A DNA stretch of 64,000 nt, from NCBI GenBank assembly GCA_000091205.1, contig AP006499.2; one strand, 5' to 3'. Position 1 is the stretch's first letter, and each line of letters begins with the position of its first letter. The notes beneath the pieces were generated by a model. It was not told where the DNA came from, ran no database searches, and was given only the letters and a program-made list of their open reading frames with translations. A program made the position numbers and the translations under genes. The stretch is from Cyanidioschyzon merolae. Lineage: Eukaryota. This document shows positions 1 through 10,860 of the stretch, piece by piece.

Positions 1-69
1 ACTTGACCACAGACGCCTCCTAGAATTTTTGGACCGGCCACCTACTACTGGTTCCAACTTATTCTTGCA

Positions 70-2176
70 TCATTCCACCTTGAATGGTTCTCCCACAAAA
101 TTCTCTCTTGTCATCTCTGGAAGTCTTTTTTCCATCACCACACATTTCCTGATATTGATTGCGGCGTTAAAGTCTCGGTTCACAAACTCCATCCGTTTCT
201 TGCCATCATTGATTGTACTTACTAATGCAAGTCGCCCATGAACGTTCGCCCTCCTTTCCATTTGCTGTCCCGTCAGCGGTCCGTATTTTTCATATCCTCA
301 GGGCTCCGCTGGCACTTTTTTCATCTCGAATCTCTGAAGTGTGCATCCCAGTTCATGGTGTATATACAATGCTCGGAACTCATCGATCGGTAGCGGAACG
401 AAACGCCTTGCGCACTCCTTGTACGTTCTCGCCGGTGGAGCTGGTGTAGTCCCTTTTTGGGTCTTCCAGCGTCCTGCTCCGTTTGCCACTACGAGCCTCT
501 GACGTTCATCCTCCTTCAAGCCACTCAACTGATTGAAAAAGTTGGCAAACGCCCGCTGCTTCCCACAATACAGGTTCATTCGCAGACGAGCCCACCGAGG
601 CTTTGTATACTCTTTCCACAGCGCATCCCAATGAGCAACGCGACCTTCCATGAATTTCCGAAAAGCTTCAAAGTCCGCTCCTCGACTCGTCACCTTGCTC
701 AAGGCCTCCAGGTGCTCTTTCAGTTATGCGTTCCACGTCTCGATTTTATTCCTTGCATTCATGATTCTGGAATCTCGATAGTTTCTTGCTCTCGAGAACT
801 TTAAAATACTCATGCCTTTCTGAAGTAAGTTGCCGTGGATTCCATCTTCCGCACGCTTGGGTACTGCGGTGGTTATGATACTTGTGCCCCAGGGTCCGCG
901 CCAACGACAAGGTCGTTATCCTGCACTTTCTGCGTCGCAGAATCCGCCTCCTTCTCATCTTCATGCTTCGTTACGGGCGAGGCCGAGCATGGAACAAGAC
1001 GATCCGCCTTCAGGCGCCGACGGTGTACACACATGGATACCCCATCGGTTTCGATCACCCCAGCGAATACCTTTTGTTCGCTGACTTTCAAACGTTTGAT
1101 TTCGAAGATATTTTTCTGGTACTTCTCCCGGTTGACACCGGTGACCTCCTTCCTGCTAACCTTGAACTCCGGACAGATCTCCCTCATGATGCCATGAAGG
1201 ACTGCGGAATCGATGGTCACGAAATGTGCCCTGATGTTGCACAACGGAACCACGTTGAAGCGCTTCTCCATTAGGAACGCTTCCGTCTCTCAGACGCTTC
1301 ATTGTTCCCGCGATTCAGCTCCATCTCCGCCTTGGGTTCGAGCTCTCGGTCTGGGTGCACGAAATAGCGCATAATTAGGGGATATCATCATTTTTTCACC
1401 TTTTTTCATATCTGATACCTTTTCTGCTGGGTTGACCGGCCTCAAGGGTGCACGGTGCTCATGAATAGTCGCACGGATTATAGAATCCTCATTCGTGCAC
1501 CTGCGTGATGTCTTCTTGTCGACGAACTCGATCTCCTGTTCAAGCTGCCGATCGTCCGTCATCCCATTGGTGATGGCCCATCTTTCCTTCGCGAGAGAGA
1601 CCCGGTTGGAGTGCAAACACGGCGCATATCATGAAGCCCTGGAGGTTCATGGTTAAACGGTCTCCAAGTTCGTTAGGTACCGCATGGCCCCGTGGGTGTA
1701 AATATTCCAGTCCCTCTGAATCGAGTACCGTAGAAGCTGTAGAAGGGATGCTTTTCGTGGAGGGCATGCACCCGCTCATTTCCCCTCGAGGTTTCCCCTG
1801 TGGCGAGCACCAGGTGGCGAAGAAGGGTCCTGCTGAAAAATTCTTCCGGAACCTCGGCTGTTTCGATGTCGGCCACGTCTTCATTCATCTCCTTCACCAA
1901 ATGCATTAGCCCTGACGAAGCCTTTATAACACTCATGGAGTAAGACGCAACACGGTTTCTGGGAGTCTCTTGCAACGCTTCCTTGGACGGATGCTTGATA
2001 TGTTTAAGATGGCAGGCTTTGACAACCATCACGTCGTTGTGCCGTCTTTCTTGCAGCCTTTGACGTCGGGCCTCCTTCATTTGCTTCTTTGTCTCGTCCT
2101 GTTCCTCTTCGCACTGGACTGTGTGTTCGTTTGTATCCGCCAGCTGACGACACTGGGCCTCCAGGAGCCTCCACTT
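70..2176 (-). pseudogene. Fanzor1-like RuvC nuclease (TnpB homologue) ORF remnant of copy LA, about 690 codons in 5 frame-shifted pieces
   Basis: The putative ATG at 2176-2174 follows a 5' leader intron. An N-terminal K/R/E-rich (NLS-like) stretch precedes the ASSGLMHLV block, the RuvC-I D in GADPG, LVVANGAGRW at the expected RuvC-II position (no Glu), HHELGCTLQRFE, and NRDFNAAINI (RuvC-III). Confidence 0.55.
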
Positions 2177-2209
2177 TCACTCGCATAACTTTCCTTTTTA
2201 ATTTTTTTT

Positions 2210-2274
2210 CTGAAAAAGAACGCACCTTGAATGCTTCAGGTATAAACAGCGAAAAATCACTTGAATACACTTAC
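2210..2274 (-). other. Putative 65-nt spliceosomal intron in the 5' leader of LA (GTAAGT...TTTTTCAG)
   Basis: Minus-strand reading is CTCAAG|GTAAGTGT ... GCGTTCTTTTTCAG|AAAAAAAATT. An intron of identical length with a GTGAGC...AG boundary sits at the homologous position of L+ (61441-61505). Confidence 0.5.
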
Positions 2275-3119
2275 TTGAGGGTTGGAATACGATTGAACTG
2301 AAAAGCATACTTTGCTACGACTTCAATGCAAATACACCGCGTGCAGCAGAACAACACGCTCTTGATACCGATCGCGTTTCCGTTCAAGAGCAGCATGCGC
2401 GAAGTGTCTCGTGTAACTGGCTGATGTCTCTGGTGCACGTGTCCAGCCCCCTACAGAAAAAAAACAGAGACTCACGACTAACTGGCAACGATATGACAAT
2501 TTCTTTCCCCCCTCTAAGGTAAACGTTAAAAGGCGAAAAGGTTTCCATATTGTCGAAAGTTTATTTTATAGGCGAAACGTCCCGCGAGCCGGACGTGTCT
2601 GCCAGACCAGTGCTTCATGCGACCCCAGTGGAAGGTGCTTGCTGGAAACCCGAGCAACTCGTGCGAAATGCAGTTTATTATGAGACTAGGAGCGGGTATG
2701 CTGCGTCAGGGCGTCGGCCTGGTCGCAGTTATCTCCTTACATATCGCTTGGCGCTGCCGCAGGCACTAGGTCTGTCTGCAGAGCTTGCAGGCTCCCAGAA
2801 AGATTATGTACTCTGGCTCTGTATCGGGAAAAGCGCTCCTCGATTCGATGCCCTCTGTGGTACGGTAACGCGGTTTTGTCTCCGCGATCCATCTGTTCCA
2901 GCGGTTTAGGCGCCACTACGGGTGCTCGTGGTAGGTACTCGCGCACGCTAGAACGTAAAAACCGACCAGTATGTCCGAGATGAAGTGTAAGAGATGGATC
3001 TTAGTCGGCCGGGGCGGGAAGGGCAGCATGATGAGCGCTTCCTCGAAAGCCACTACCCATCCATCCCGAAATCTGGGATCCATGGTAAATGTAAACGTTT
3101 GTCATCGAAAAAAAACAGA

Positions 3120-4483
3120 TCGAAATTAATATGCAATTCACCGTTTAGATCGAAGACGAATTGTCTCTAGTATGTATATTCTTTATTGAAGAGTGCAATG
3201 AGGACTGCATGGTTCCTTCAGGTCAGTCATAGCAGGTCACTCAGGTGGTTGACGAACACTGAAAGAGACCAACAGATGCGCTACGCGCCGAAAACTGATA
3301 TTCTTCAGGCCTGCTTGCGGTCAATGATAGAAAATGGTCCGTTGATAATGCTACCGAAGAGCAAAAGCTATGATAATAGACGTCAAGTAGGTGTCTCTGT
3401 TTCTCACTAGTTTGTTCATGTGGTCCAGCATACAGGGGGATACAGTCGCAAGAAAGTCCTAGTTCACGAACGGTCATCTTCCAATGAAATCGCAACGACA
3501 GCGTTCCTGGAGCTCAGCGATCGGGACAGAGTACAGGAACGTCGGGTTGTTTCAGTTGATGAGATTTCCTTTCGACAAAACGGTCGGAGCATGTATAGGC
3601 ATTTGTGGGGAAAAGAGCCTGTTATATATACGATCGAACTCGAAAATAACTCGGACCTCATTATCTGTTCTAGCTGCAGTCGATTCACTCTCCGGCCTCA
3701 GTCCCGCTCGTAGAGAAGGCTCATCCAACAGCACCAACCATTCCGTCGAATCATTGAAGACTTTTCCCTCACGTCTCGCGACGTTTTTCCACTGAAAAAC
3801 GTGGTATTTCAGCATTACCGTCGCGGTCGAGTTTTTGCCGATTCTGTCGGGGTAGAGTTGGTTTTCATTTCTCCGTGAGCTCCGTGATTCGGTCCCATCG
3901 AAGGAGAGTTTTCGATCGAAAAAAGGTAATGATCTCTCCACTGGGCGAATTGATGAAGCGTCCAGCACACGATGACACCGCGGACAATGTCGTCTCTCTT
4001 CTGCAAGTCTTCCTCTTTCCGGGAAGGTCCTCATTTAGGCACATTCAAAAGTGCGCCCATTCGCAGAAAATGAGGGATGAACTGAGGTGTATATTTCAGA
4101 AGGTCGAGATTGAGAGAAGGCAGCGGAGCGCTTCGGTGATAGGAAAGCACAGAGGGCTGACAGAGCACCACATGACGCTGAGGGTGCGAATTCGAGGACT
4201 ACTTGCACTGGTGAGTTCAACCAGCAGCAAAAAACGCATGAAGTTCGTGAATGGTGAGTTTAACACTGAGAAAAATACAAGGAGATGTGCATTGTTGAAG
4301 ACGAGACGCGAGGAGCTGACGCGAGCGAACTTTATGGGGTAGCCTCTCGGGTTCGAGGTGTACAAGGAGAAGCTGAAGCCGATCGCAGGGTGCCGGCCAA
4401 ATACGGTTTGAAGGCGCCTGCCGTTGGGCGAATATACATACTCAAAAGTCGTGGAATGTTGTTCGTTATACTGGAAAGAATAC
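3120..4483 (+). mobile_element. Short TnpB/Fanzor2-like element copy S1 (degraded, about 1.36 kb)
   Basis: The 5' end (CGAAATTAATATGCAATTCACCGTTTAGATCGAAGACGAATTGTC) is shared with S3. The interior has RuvC-I-like VLAAVDSLSGLSP and the C-terminal sequence MRDELRCIFQKVEIERRQRS...RGLLALVSSTSSKKRMKFVNGEFNTEKNTRRCALLKTRREELTRANFMG (degenerate RuvC-III). The conserved 3' block at 4373-4460 includes CGGTTTGAAGGCGCCTG and GCGAATATACATAC, and the 3' end TACTGGAAAG matches S5. There are multiple frameshifts. Confidence 0.65.
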
Positions 4484-5755
4484 TCGTAGTCAAACCATGA
4501 GGGCTCACCAACGCATGGGTACTTTTAACAACATCAAGCGTTGTTTTGGGACGGCCTCTTCCACTCCTTGCCGCTGGATTTCGTTACCTCACCGCCACCA
4601 AGATGAGTCGTGACGCCCGCTACAAAGCGCTCCTAAAATAACCGATACCACTATGCAGCGCATTCATAAACCACTGCGCGCTTCTCCTTTTCTTACGAAC
4701 AGCACGCTCAAATACCCCATTCATCTGGCTCTCCGTCTAGCGGTTCCATGGCAGCTCGTGGGCGCACCAGATCGCGCCCCTATATCGCGACGACGAACAC
4801 CCGACGTCGGCCGTTCACGAGTGTTCTCAGACACTCATGCCGAAAGCCCAACGGGGTTCTCACGTCAAATACTCCTCTCCGCTCTCATCGCACGCCCCCC
4901 TCTCTTCGCGCCCGTCGACGAGCCGGCACTCAACAGCGACACCGTATGTCTCTCCAGCTGCAGGCTCGCTACGGCTCCCGCGTCTCCCGTTTCCATGGGA
5001 AAGGGGCCTTGGACGCGGGCGCGCGCCGTCGCAGCGGCCGCCTCCAGCAGAGTTTGCGTCACCGCTCTGCACAGCGGGAGCGTAGACGGATCGAACCAGC
5101 TGGGCTGGATATCTCCAGCGCGGATCTCCCTCTTGGTGCCCCGCCTCATCGTGGTCAGCATTGCGTTGCACGGATTCTCCCGCGGACTGGACAGCGTGCG
5201 CGTGCGCATGCGCCCGCCCAGAATACGCGCCGTGCGGATCGCCCCGAGCGAGCCCGGGGTCTGTCGGTACCGCACGAGACGCCGAGACGGAACGAGGGCG
5301 TCGAGGCGACCCTTCTGCATCCGCCAACGACATGTATCGGGCGACGAGGGAGGCCCTCGGTGGATGAGCTTTGTCGGACATGTTGTCACACCTTACCACA
5401 GCCGATCATGGCAGCTACGTTGTGCGTCTCGAGGCTGTACACAGCGAAGATGGCAATGGCAAGCAAAGCATATATCGTGACGACCGCCTCTGGATGAACT
5501 GTTTCAAGAACACCTGGTGGCAGCGAAATCGGGACTTGAACACTGCCATCAGCATCCTTCAACAGTCGACAACGGACTCCGAGGGAGCGGAGCGTCCAGC
5601 ACGCTGACTGGCGGACATAAGAAAGGAAAACGGAGCATTTGCAGAAAGAGTCTGCGAGGGCTGGTGTGCATGACAGTACGATGAAATCCAAACCTGTGCG
5701 AGTACGCCCGTGTCAGGATGCCTGTTCCATTTCATCCCGACATGCGTGAACGTAC
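4484..5755. repeat. Direct repeat R1 (1272 bp), about 99% identical to R2 at 10861-12156
   Basis: Near-identical ORF artefacts (4653-5497 vs 11030-11895) confirm the identity. R2 has a 21-bp insertion (about 11738-11758) and a 3-bp indel at the right end. R begins immediately after the S1 3' end. Confidence 0.85.
5386..5755 (-). repeat. C/H-rich coding-like module of repeat family E (copy a), embedded at the right end of R1
   Basis: Minus-strand translation HVGMKWNRHPDTGVLAQVWISSYCHAHQ...DGSVQVPISLPPGVLETVHPEAVVTIYALLAIAIFAVYSLETHNVAAMIGCGKV is homologous at aa level to 40480-40902 (+), 15170-15613 (+), 11784-12156 (-) and 60990-61165 (-). Confidence 0.6.
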
Positions 5756-6066
5756 ATGCACTGAACCCGTTACGTAGCGGCGACGTCGTATGAGTGATTG
5801 CCGTTTGCAATCACGCGCCGATCGCGAGACGGCCGCGCGTCACAGCATAGGGTGCCAGATTTCAGGGGCGTCTGCTGCGGAGCCGTATCCCACGGCCTGC
5901 CTGCAGGCTCGGACACGTCCCAGATTGGCAACTGATCCCGGACACGTGGTGCGATCTGGACGCGTTTCACATGGACAGCAGCTGGAGCGCTCGCGCGTCG
6001 ATGTGGAACACCCGGCGACAAGAGCCAGCCTGAAATTCACACCCGGCTTTAGAACTCGCTGTACTT

Positions 6067-7902
6067 ATGGTTGCGCTGGAACTTCCAGCAGCCATGTCTA
6101 AGGTGGAAGTGGTAGGTCTGGTGGAGTCCAACACGGGACGACAGGCAGTCCTTGTTTCCGGTGAGCAGGAAGCTGGGCAACCAGACAGGAACTGGTTTAC
6201 AAGTCAGACGGCCGCTGATCTTTGCACCCAGAGCAGGCCTCGTACTCGCCAGATGGGTCCGGTTTACTGTCCAATTCTTGGCAGAGAGCCCACCACCAAA
6301 AACCGGGCACGCTCAGATCAAAATTCGCTCTATGTTCGGGAAGCTTGCGAAGGGACCGTGTACGCTTCCAATCGCTACGAAACACGAACTTCTGAGCTCT
6401 CGCGGGAAGCGCCAAGAGACGAAGCTGGCGACGGTAGAGCGCAGGTTCAAACGACGCCCACGCTGATTTCCGCTGAAAAAAGACTCGAAGAAACCAACAG
6501 CCTTCCCTGTGTTCTCGAAGGTTCCTCTTCACACATGCCACGCGTTCTGAATAGCACCGTCGAAGTGCCGATATGCAAGTCACGGAATATCTCGGCGGCA
6601 GATGAGCAGCCTGAGGTTCTGCGTGAGCGGTCACTGGAGAAAAATGTGAAGCATTGGTCTTCTATTCATTTCCTTCTATCAGCTGCACTTCGTCCCCAGT
6701 ACTCGACAACCGTCAAGGAGGACGATTGCTCGAGACGAGCAAGGCGACGTGTTCATACTCGATCGCGTTCGGCAGGATATGGCGCTCTTCGCGTAGTCCC
6801 GGAGAAGTATCTGCTGGATCGAACGCATGCTTCGGTGCTGGGGGCTTCAAATCAGCGGGTTCTTCGATGGCTCGCACCACACACTGGGGAGAGCGGTGTC
6901 CAGTTATCATCATCATCATCATCAGCAGCAGCAGCAGCAGCGCCCCGGAGCGTTACTGGCACGGGAGCACTGGTATCCAGACCACGCGAGGGCGGATCCG
7001 AGCATGCGGCGCCCAAATGTTCGAGTACGTCATTCACTGCGCGAAAGCGTGGCCGCAACATCTCCTGCACGCTGAACAGCAACGTGAACAAATGCTCTTC
7101 CAGGGACACCGACTCAGACGGGTCGAGTGCAGTCACGGAGATGATCCCCGATACAGAGCACATCCTGATCCATCAGGCTGGCGTCAGTTCACTTGCGGTA
7201 GAGGTAGATGGTGAAATCGATCCATGGCTCATTATCGCCACGCTGCCGCCCCGAGAGTATGCGGCTCCCGCGCCTCAGATCCGCCTACCGAAGCCGGATC
7301 CCGCCGTGCGAGATCGCCCGACACTCGTTTTGGATCTGGATGAGACGCTTGTACACTGCTCGACAGAGTTTATGTCTGATGCTGACTTTAATTTCTCCGT
7401 GCACTTTGAAGGAACGAATTACACAGTATATGTGAAACGGAGACCTTTTTTACAGGCGCTGCTCCAGTACGCTGCTCGCTATTTTGAAGTGGTGGTCTTT
7501 ACCGCCTCGCAGAAAGCGTACGCAGATCGTCTTTTGAACATTTTAGATCCTGATCACACACTAATCCACCACCGGCTCTTTAGAGATGCGTGCATCAATG
7601 TTGCGGGTAACTATCTGAAAGATTTGACCGTGCTGAGTCGTGACCTGCGACGTACCATCATTGTGGATAACAGCCCCCAAGCTTTCGGCTATCATTTGGG
7701 GAACGGCGTTCCGATTCTAACCTGGACCGATGACGAAAATGACCGCGAATTGATCCAGCTGATTCATCTGTTAGAGGATATGCGCGACGAATTGGAACAC
7801 GGTAGCGGCGATGTTCGTTTTCTTGTCGAGCGGCGTTTCCGCAATAAGAATCGCGTTGAGTTCTACAGAGCGTTTCTTGCCTCCATTGATTCTGCACAAT
7901 GA
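6067..7902 (+). CDS. FCP1-homology (NIF/SCP1-like) phosphatase domain protein with a long low-complexity N-terminal region
   Basis: A 611-aa ORF begins at a true ATG. C-terminal HAD-type FCP1 domain: LVLDLDETLVHC (DxDxT), YVKRRPFLQALLQYAARYFEVVVFTASQKAYADRLLNILDP, and IIVDNSPQAFGYHLGNGVPI. Confidence 0.7.
   Translation: MVALELPAAMSKVEVVGLVESNTGRQAVLVSGEQEAGQPDRNWFTSQTAADLCTQSRPRTRQMGPVYCPILGREPTTKNRARSDQNSLYVREACEGTVYASNRYETRTSELSREAPRDEAGDGRAQVQTTPTLISAEKRLEETNSLPCVLEGSSSHMPRVLNSTVEVPICKSRNISAADEQPEVLRERSLEKNVKHWSSIHFLLSAALRPQYSTTVKEDDCSRRARRRVHTRSRSAGYGALRVVPEKYLLDRTHASVLGASNQRVLRWLAPHTGESGVQLSSSSSSAAAAAAPRSVTGTGALVSRPREGGSEHAAPKCSSTSFTARKRGRNISCTLNSNVNKCSSRDTDSDGSSAVTEMIPDTEHILIHQAGVSSLAVEVDGEIDPWLIIATLPPREYAAPAPQIRLPKPDPAVRDRPTLVLDLDETLVHCSTEFMSDADFNFSVHFEGTNYTVYVKRRPFLQALLQYAARYFEVVVFTASQKAYADRLLNILDPDHTLIHHRLFRDACINVAGNYLKDLTVLSRDLRRTIIVDNSPQAFGYHLGNGVPILTWTDDENDRELIQLIHLLEDMRDELEHGSGDVRFLVERRFRNKNRVEFYRAFLASIDSAQ
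6908..6940 (+). repeat. (CAT)5(CAG)6 trinucleotide microsatellite inside the phosphatase ORF, encoding poly-Ser/poly-Ala in frame
   Basis: Direct reading is catcatcatcatcatcagcagcagcagcagcag. The in-frame translation is SSSSSSAAAAAA. Confidence 0.9.
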
Positions 7903-9066
7903 CAACTTGCCACATGAGTATGGAGTATGTTTAGATGGGAAGCATGTTACCTGCCATTGACCACCAGGTTGCGCCTCTCCTGGCGAACAGAAACGATGAC
8001 AGCATTCCTCTGTGCAATGACGCGTCGCGAGATCGAGCGCTGTAATGCGGACCGCGACGCCCACGGAAGCGCCGAGATCATTGTCCGGTGAAACAATTTC
8101 AGTTCGGGCGCTTGGTACTGATCGTCGGGACAGCCGCTGCTCGCGACGAGATTGTATCGCCTGGTGCCCTTTGAGCCTTTGGAGAGCACACGATCGCCGC
8201 GAGTTTCCTACTCTGTACATATAAACGGCTTTTCCCGCTGTGCCAAGTTATACCAGACGCTCTGACGCACAGTTTCCTTTCGAATGAAGTTTTAGAGCTC
8301 TGGAGTTTTACTAGCTGCGAGCATCGAGTCCAGGGAGCGGCTTGGTCTATCAAGGAACGGGATTGCAAGTGATTCTCCTAAAGGAGTGCAGCTTAAACAC
8401 GTATGCATGGAGCCCAGTCCAAGACAGCCTTGGGCAAACTTTACTTTGTGAGAACCCACGAAAACTGTCGGTGATATGCAAGCTCTTATTCTGATGATCT
8501 AACGTTCCCAAGCGCAGATGCTCGCTTGCGAACTCCGTGAGGGAGACGCACCTAAGCTGCGCACACTGAGTACCTCCAAAGAGTTGGAACACTCTCAGGA
8601 TCGGGCTGGGCCGAGCGATATTCATCGAAATTTTCGATTCTCATGCATTTTCCCCATGAGCCTCCGAGTCGATAGGCGTCCGAAGCAGAAACCTTGTCCG
8701 TGCAAATCGATTTGCTGCGCTGAAGTTTCTGTCCGCTGCTGTCCGGCAAAGCTGGTACCGCATTCCGTATGAGTACGCAACGCAAGGCTCTGTTCGCGAA
8801 GCGAACGTCATTGGTCAGAGCGTGTCAACGAGTCCAGATCCGCTGCAAATTGCATGCTTGTCTGTATGCGTGGATGCGTGCGCGCATTAGTGCTTGTATG
8901 TCGATGGAAATCCGGGAGTCAGTCAATCAGTAAGTCAGTCAATCAGCATGCACAGCTGGCCGTCTGCTTGCGGGCATACCTATACGCATATTTACATACA
9001 TGTGTGCGTGCGAGCATGCATGTCTGTCTGCTTGCGGTCGATTGCAGCCTTTCATGCGCCAAAACA

Positions 9067-10368
9067 TCAAATCCAGTCTCCGTGACGAATCTTTTCGGGC
9101 AAATATACTTCGGTTAGGTACTGGAAGCCGAAATTGCTGAGAGCCTGAATCTCAGCCTTCTCTTTCCGCTTCACCATCAGGGAGAGCTCTCGATGCCAGG
9201 CTGGATTCTTTTTGATAAAATCTTCTTCCAGCATGTCTTTTCCGGTCTTAAGATCATTTTCTGTCATCGCAAGGCGGCACTGCTCCGGGATACCGTAGCG
9301 ATCAAGGTCGGTTGGCCGAATCCCCAACCACTTTATATCGGGCGTTGCTAGATTTGCAGAATCGTAGCTCATGCCCTTACTGCCACTCATGTAAACCGAA
9401 AGAATTTTCAGTCCGTACGGATCGCTGTCTACTAGACCAAGGATTGGTAAATGCAATTCCCGCTTCAGTCTTCGCAGAAACAAACGTGTTCCGACGTCCG
9501 GCTGACCTTTTGCAGTGACAATAATGCATTTCACGCGATTATAGAAGCGATCTTCCGCTAAGCGCATAAATGCTGCATCCTTCTCGACCAGGAGGATAAA
9601 TTCGGCGTCCGATGTTATATTCGTGATTCGATCGGTGTACGGAGGTATTGCTTTCCCGCCAACGCCCATACGCGTGCAGTCGATCAAATCCCCGTCTTCC
9701 TGGAAAGTTACACGGCCAACGACGATGCCTTTCTCTGACGCAACGACGTTTAGAGAGTTTCGAGTACAGCCGATCAGGCATGCAACATCGTTGAGCACAT
9801 CGTCTGACTCGGTTTGCTGCCGAAACAATTTCACATCTGTGTAGAACAAGTCGCGTTTTGTTGTGTGTATCCGTCGGGTGCAAAGCTCGTGCACAAGCTG
9901 TAGCACTCTCGTCATGATAGTGGTTTTGCGAACCGAGGCGACGGAGGCGAAGTTGCGAATCGCGACCCCGTCTTTGAGCACGATCCGTTCCAGCTCCTCG
10001 ACGTACTCTTGGTTGCCCGCGGATCTCCGTGGCACCTTGTAGGAGAGACCACGACCCTCCAGTATAGACTTTGCTGCGGAGAGAATGACTCGTTCGAGTT
10101 CGGCAAGTACCTGGTCGCAATCGAGCTCGCGCACCTCTATGCGTGCTGCGCTCGAGGCATCGGAACTCTGCTGCAAAATAAACCGTTGTTTTGCAGCCTC
10201 TCTGGACTCTATTTCCCTTTTCAACTCCCGGACTCTGTTCAGAAAAGACTCAGCGTCAACAGCCGCCGTTCCGCTAGAGACAGCACCCGATTCTGCCGCC
10301 TGTTTCCACTTCCGAGAGGCTGTGCTCAGCCGCGGCTCGGTCGCGGTTTTCTTTCTCTTCGCAACCAT
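9067..10368 (-). CDS. SPO11: Spo11 / DNA topoisomerase VI subunit A family protein (433 aa)
   Basis: True ATG at 10368-10366. The catalytic-Tyr motif is [12 protein letters not shown]. The Toprim domain has LLVEKDAAF (Glu) and [17 protein letters not shown] (DxD). The N-terminal about 110 aa is K/R-rich. Confidence 0.85.
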   Translation of the reverse strand: MVAKRKKTATEPRLSTASRKWKQAAESGAVSSGTAAVDAESFLNRVRELKREIESREAAKQRFILQQSSDASSAARIEVRELDCDQVLAELERVILSAAKSILEGRGLSYKVPRRSAGNQEYVEELERIVLKDGVAIRNFASVASVRKTTIMTRVLQLVHELCTRRIHTTKRDLFYTDVKLFRQQTESDDVLNDVACLIGCTRNSLNVVASEKGIVVGRVTFQEDGDLIDCTRMGVGGKAIPPYTDRITNITSDAEFILLVEKDAAFMRLAEDRFYNRVKCIIVTAKGQPDVGTRLFLRRLKRELHLPILGLVDSDPYGLKILSVYMSGSKGMSYDSANLATPDIKWLGIRPTDLDRYGIPEQCRLAMTENDLKTGKDMLEEDFIKKNPAWHRELSLMVKRKEKAEIQALSNFGFQYLTEVYLPEKIRHGDWI

Positions 10369-10860
10369 AAGATGAGGTGCTCGGGCCCCAGTCCGTCCAA
10401 AAAGCTTTCAAGCAGGAACGTATGCAGCACAAGCGGTACGACGAAGCAGCCTGCCTTTCGATCTTGAGCGCTGATGCGTACCGTTCGGCGAAAACTCGCG
10501 CCCGCCACGGGATCGGCAGAGGCGCAGTGTGCACCGAACACTCGCGTTCGCGCCAAGCTTGCATGCGGCGTGCGGATGTCAGCGCATCGCCTTCTGAGGC
10601 GAAGTACGACACGCGTATTCGGTTCTCTTCAGCACCTGGACCGGTTTCAGCGCCGCGGATCAAACGCAATCAGGATCGAAAGTCACAGAAAAGGCCTCGA
10701 GGGCCCGTATGGACCATGAAATGTCCGAACCTAAGGCACGATAACTGACGTGAACGCCAGAGCCCGACACAGCAGGAAGAAAAAATCCAGCTTTGAGCTA
10801 CTCCTTCTGATCCTGCATTTCCATTTTTCTCGAAATGTTTTAGATGAGCAGTGCCGAGGT

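Larger units (their letters stand above)
1..2450 (-). mobile_element. Long TnpB/Fanzor1-like element, copy LA (degraded); 3' end runs off the window start
   Basis: Minus-strand ORF segments 1673-2080, 1299-1616, 873-1271, 298-702 and 70-261 are collinear with the L+ copy at 61531-63678 (45-70% aa identity). RuvC-I is [12 protein letters not shown], RuvC-III is KKRMEFVNRDFNAAINIRK, and the 3' block at 1-62 is conserved with L+ 63731-63792. Frameshifts and two in-frame TGA codons disrupt the ORF. Confidence 0.65.

Noticed and set aside
3552-4034. 160-aa antisense ORF within S1, and similar antisense ORFs in other S copies (DRIGKNS...HVFQ)
   Set aside because: It recurs only because the repeat copies are similar. 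It has no domain signal and lies opposite the TnpB-like reading frame.
5085-5110. tRNA-like T-arm GGTTCGATCC (reverse complement of 5090-5100) inside R1
   Set aside because: The flanking sequence does not complete a T-stem or acceptor stem. No cloverleaf is possible.
4653-5497. Long overlapping ORFs on both strands inside R1/R2 (for example 4653-5480, 4748-5497, 4860-5399, and their twins at 11030-11895)
   Set aside because: A GC-rich repeat yields long ORFs in several frames at once, with Arg/Pro/Ala-rich, low-complexity translations and no recognisable domain. They are treated as non-coding repeat sequence.
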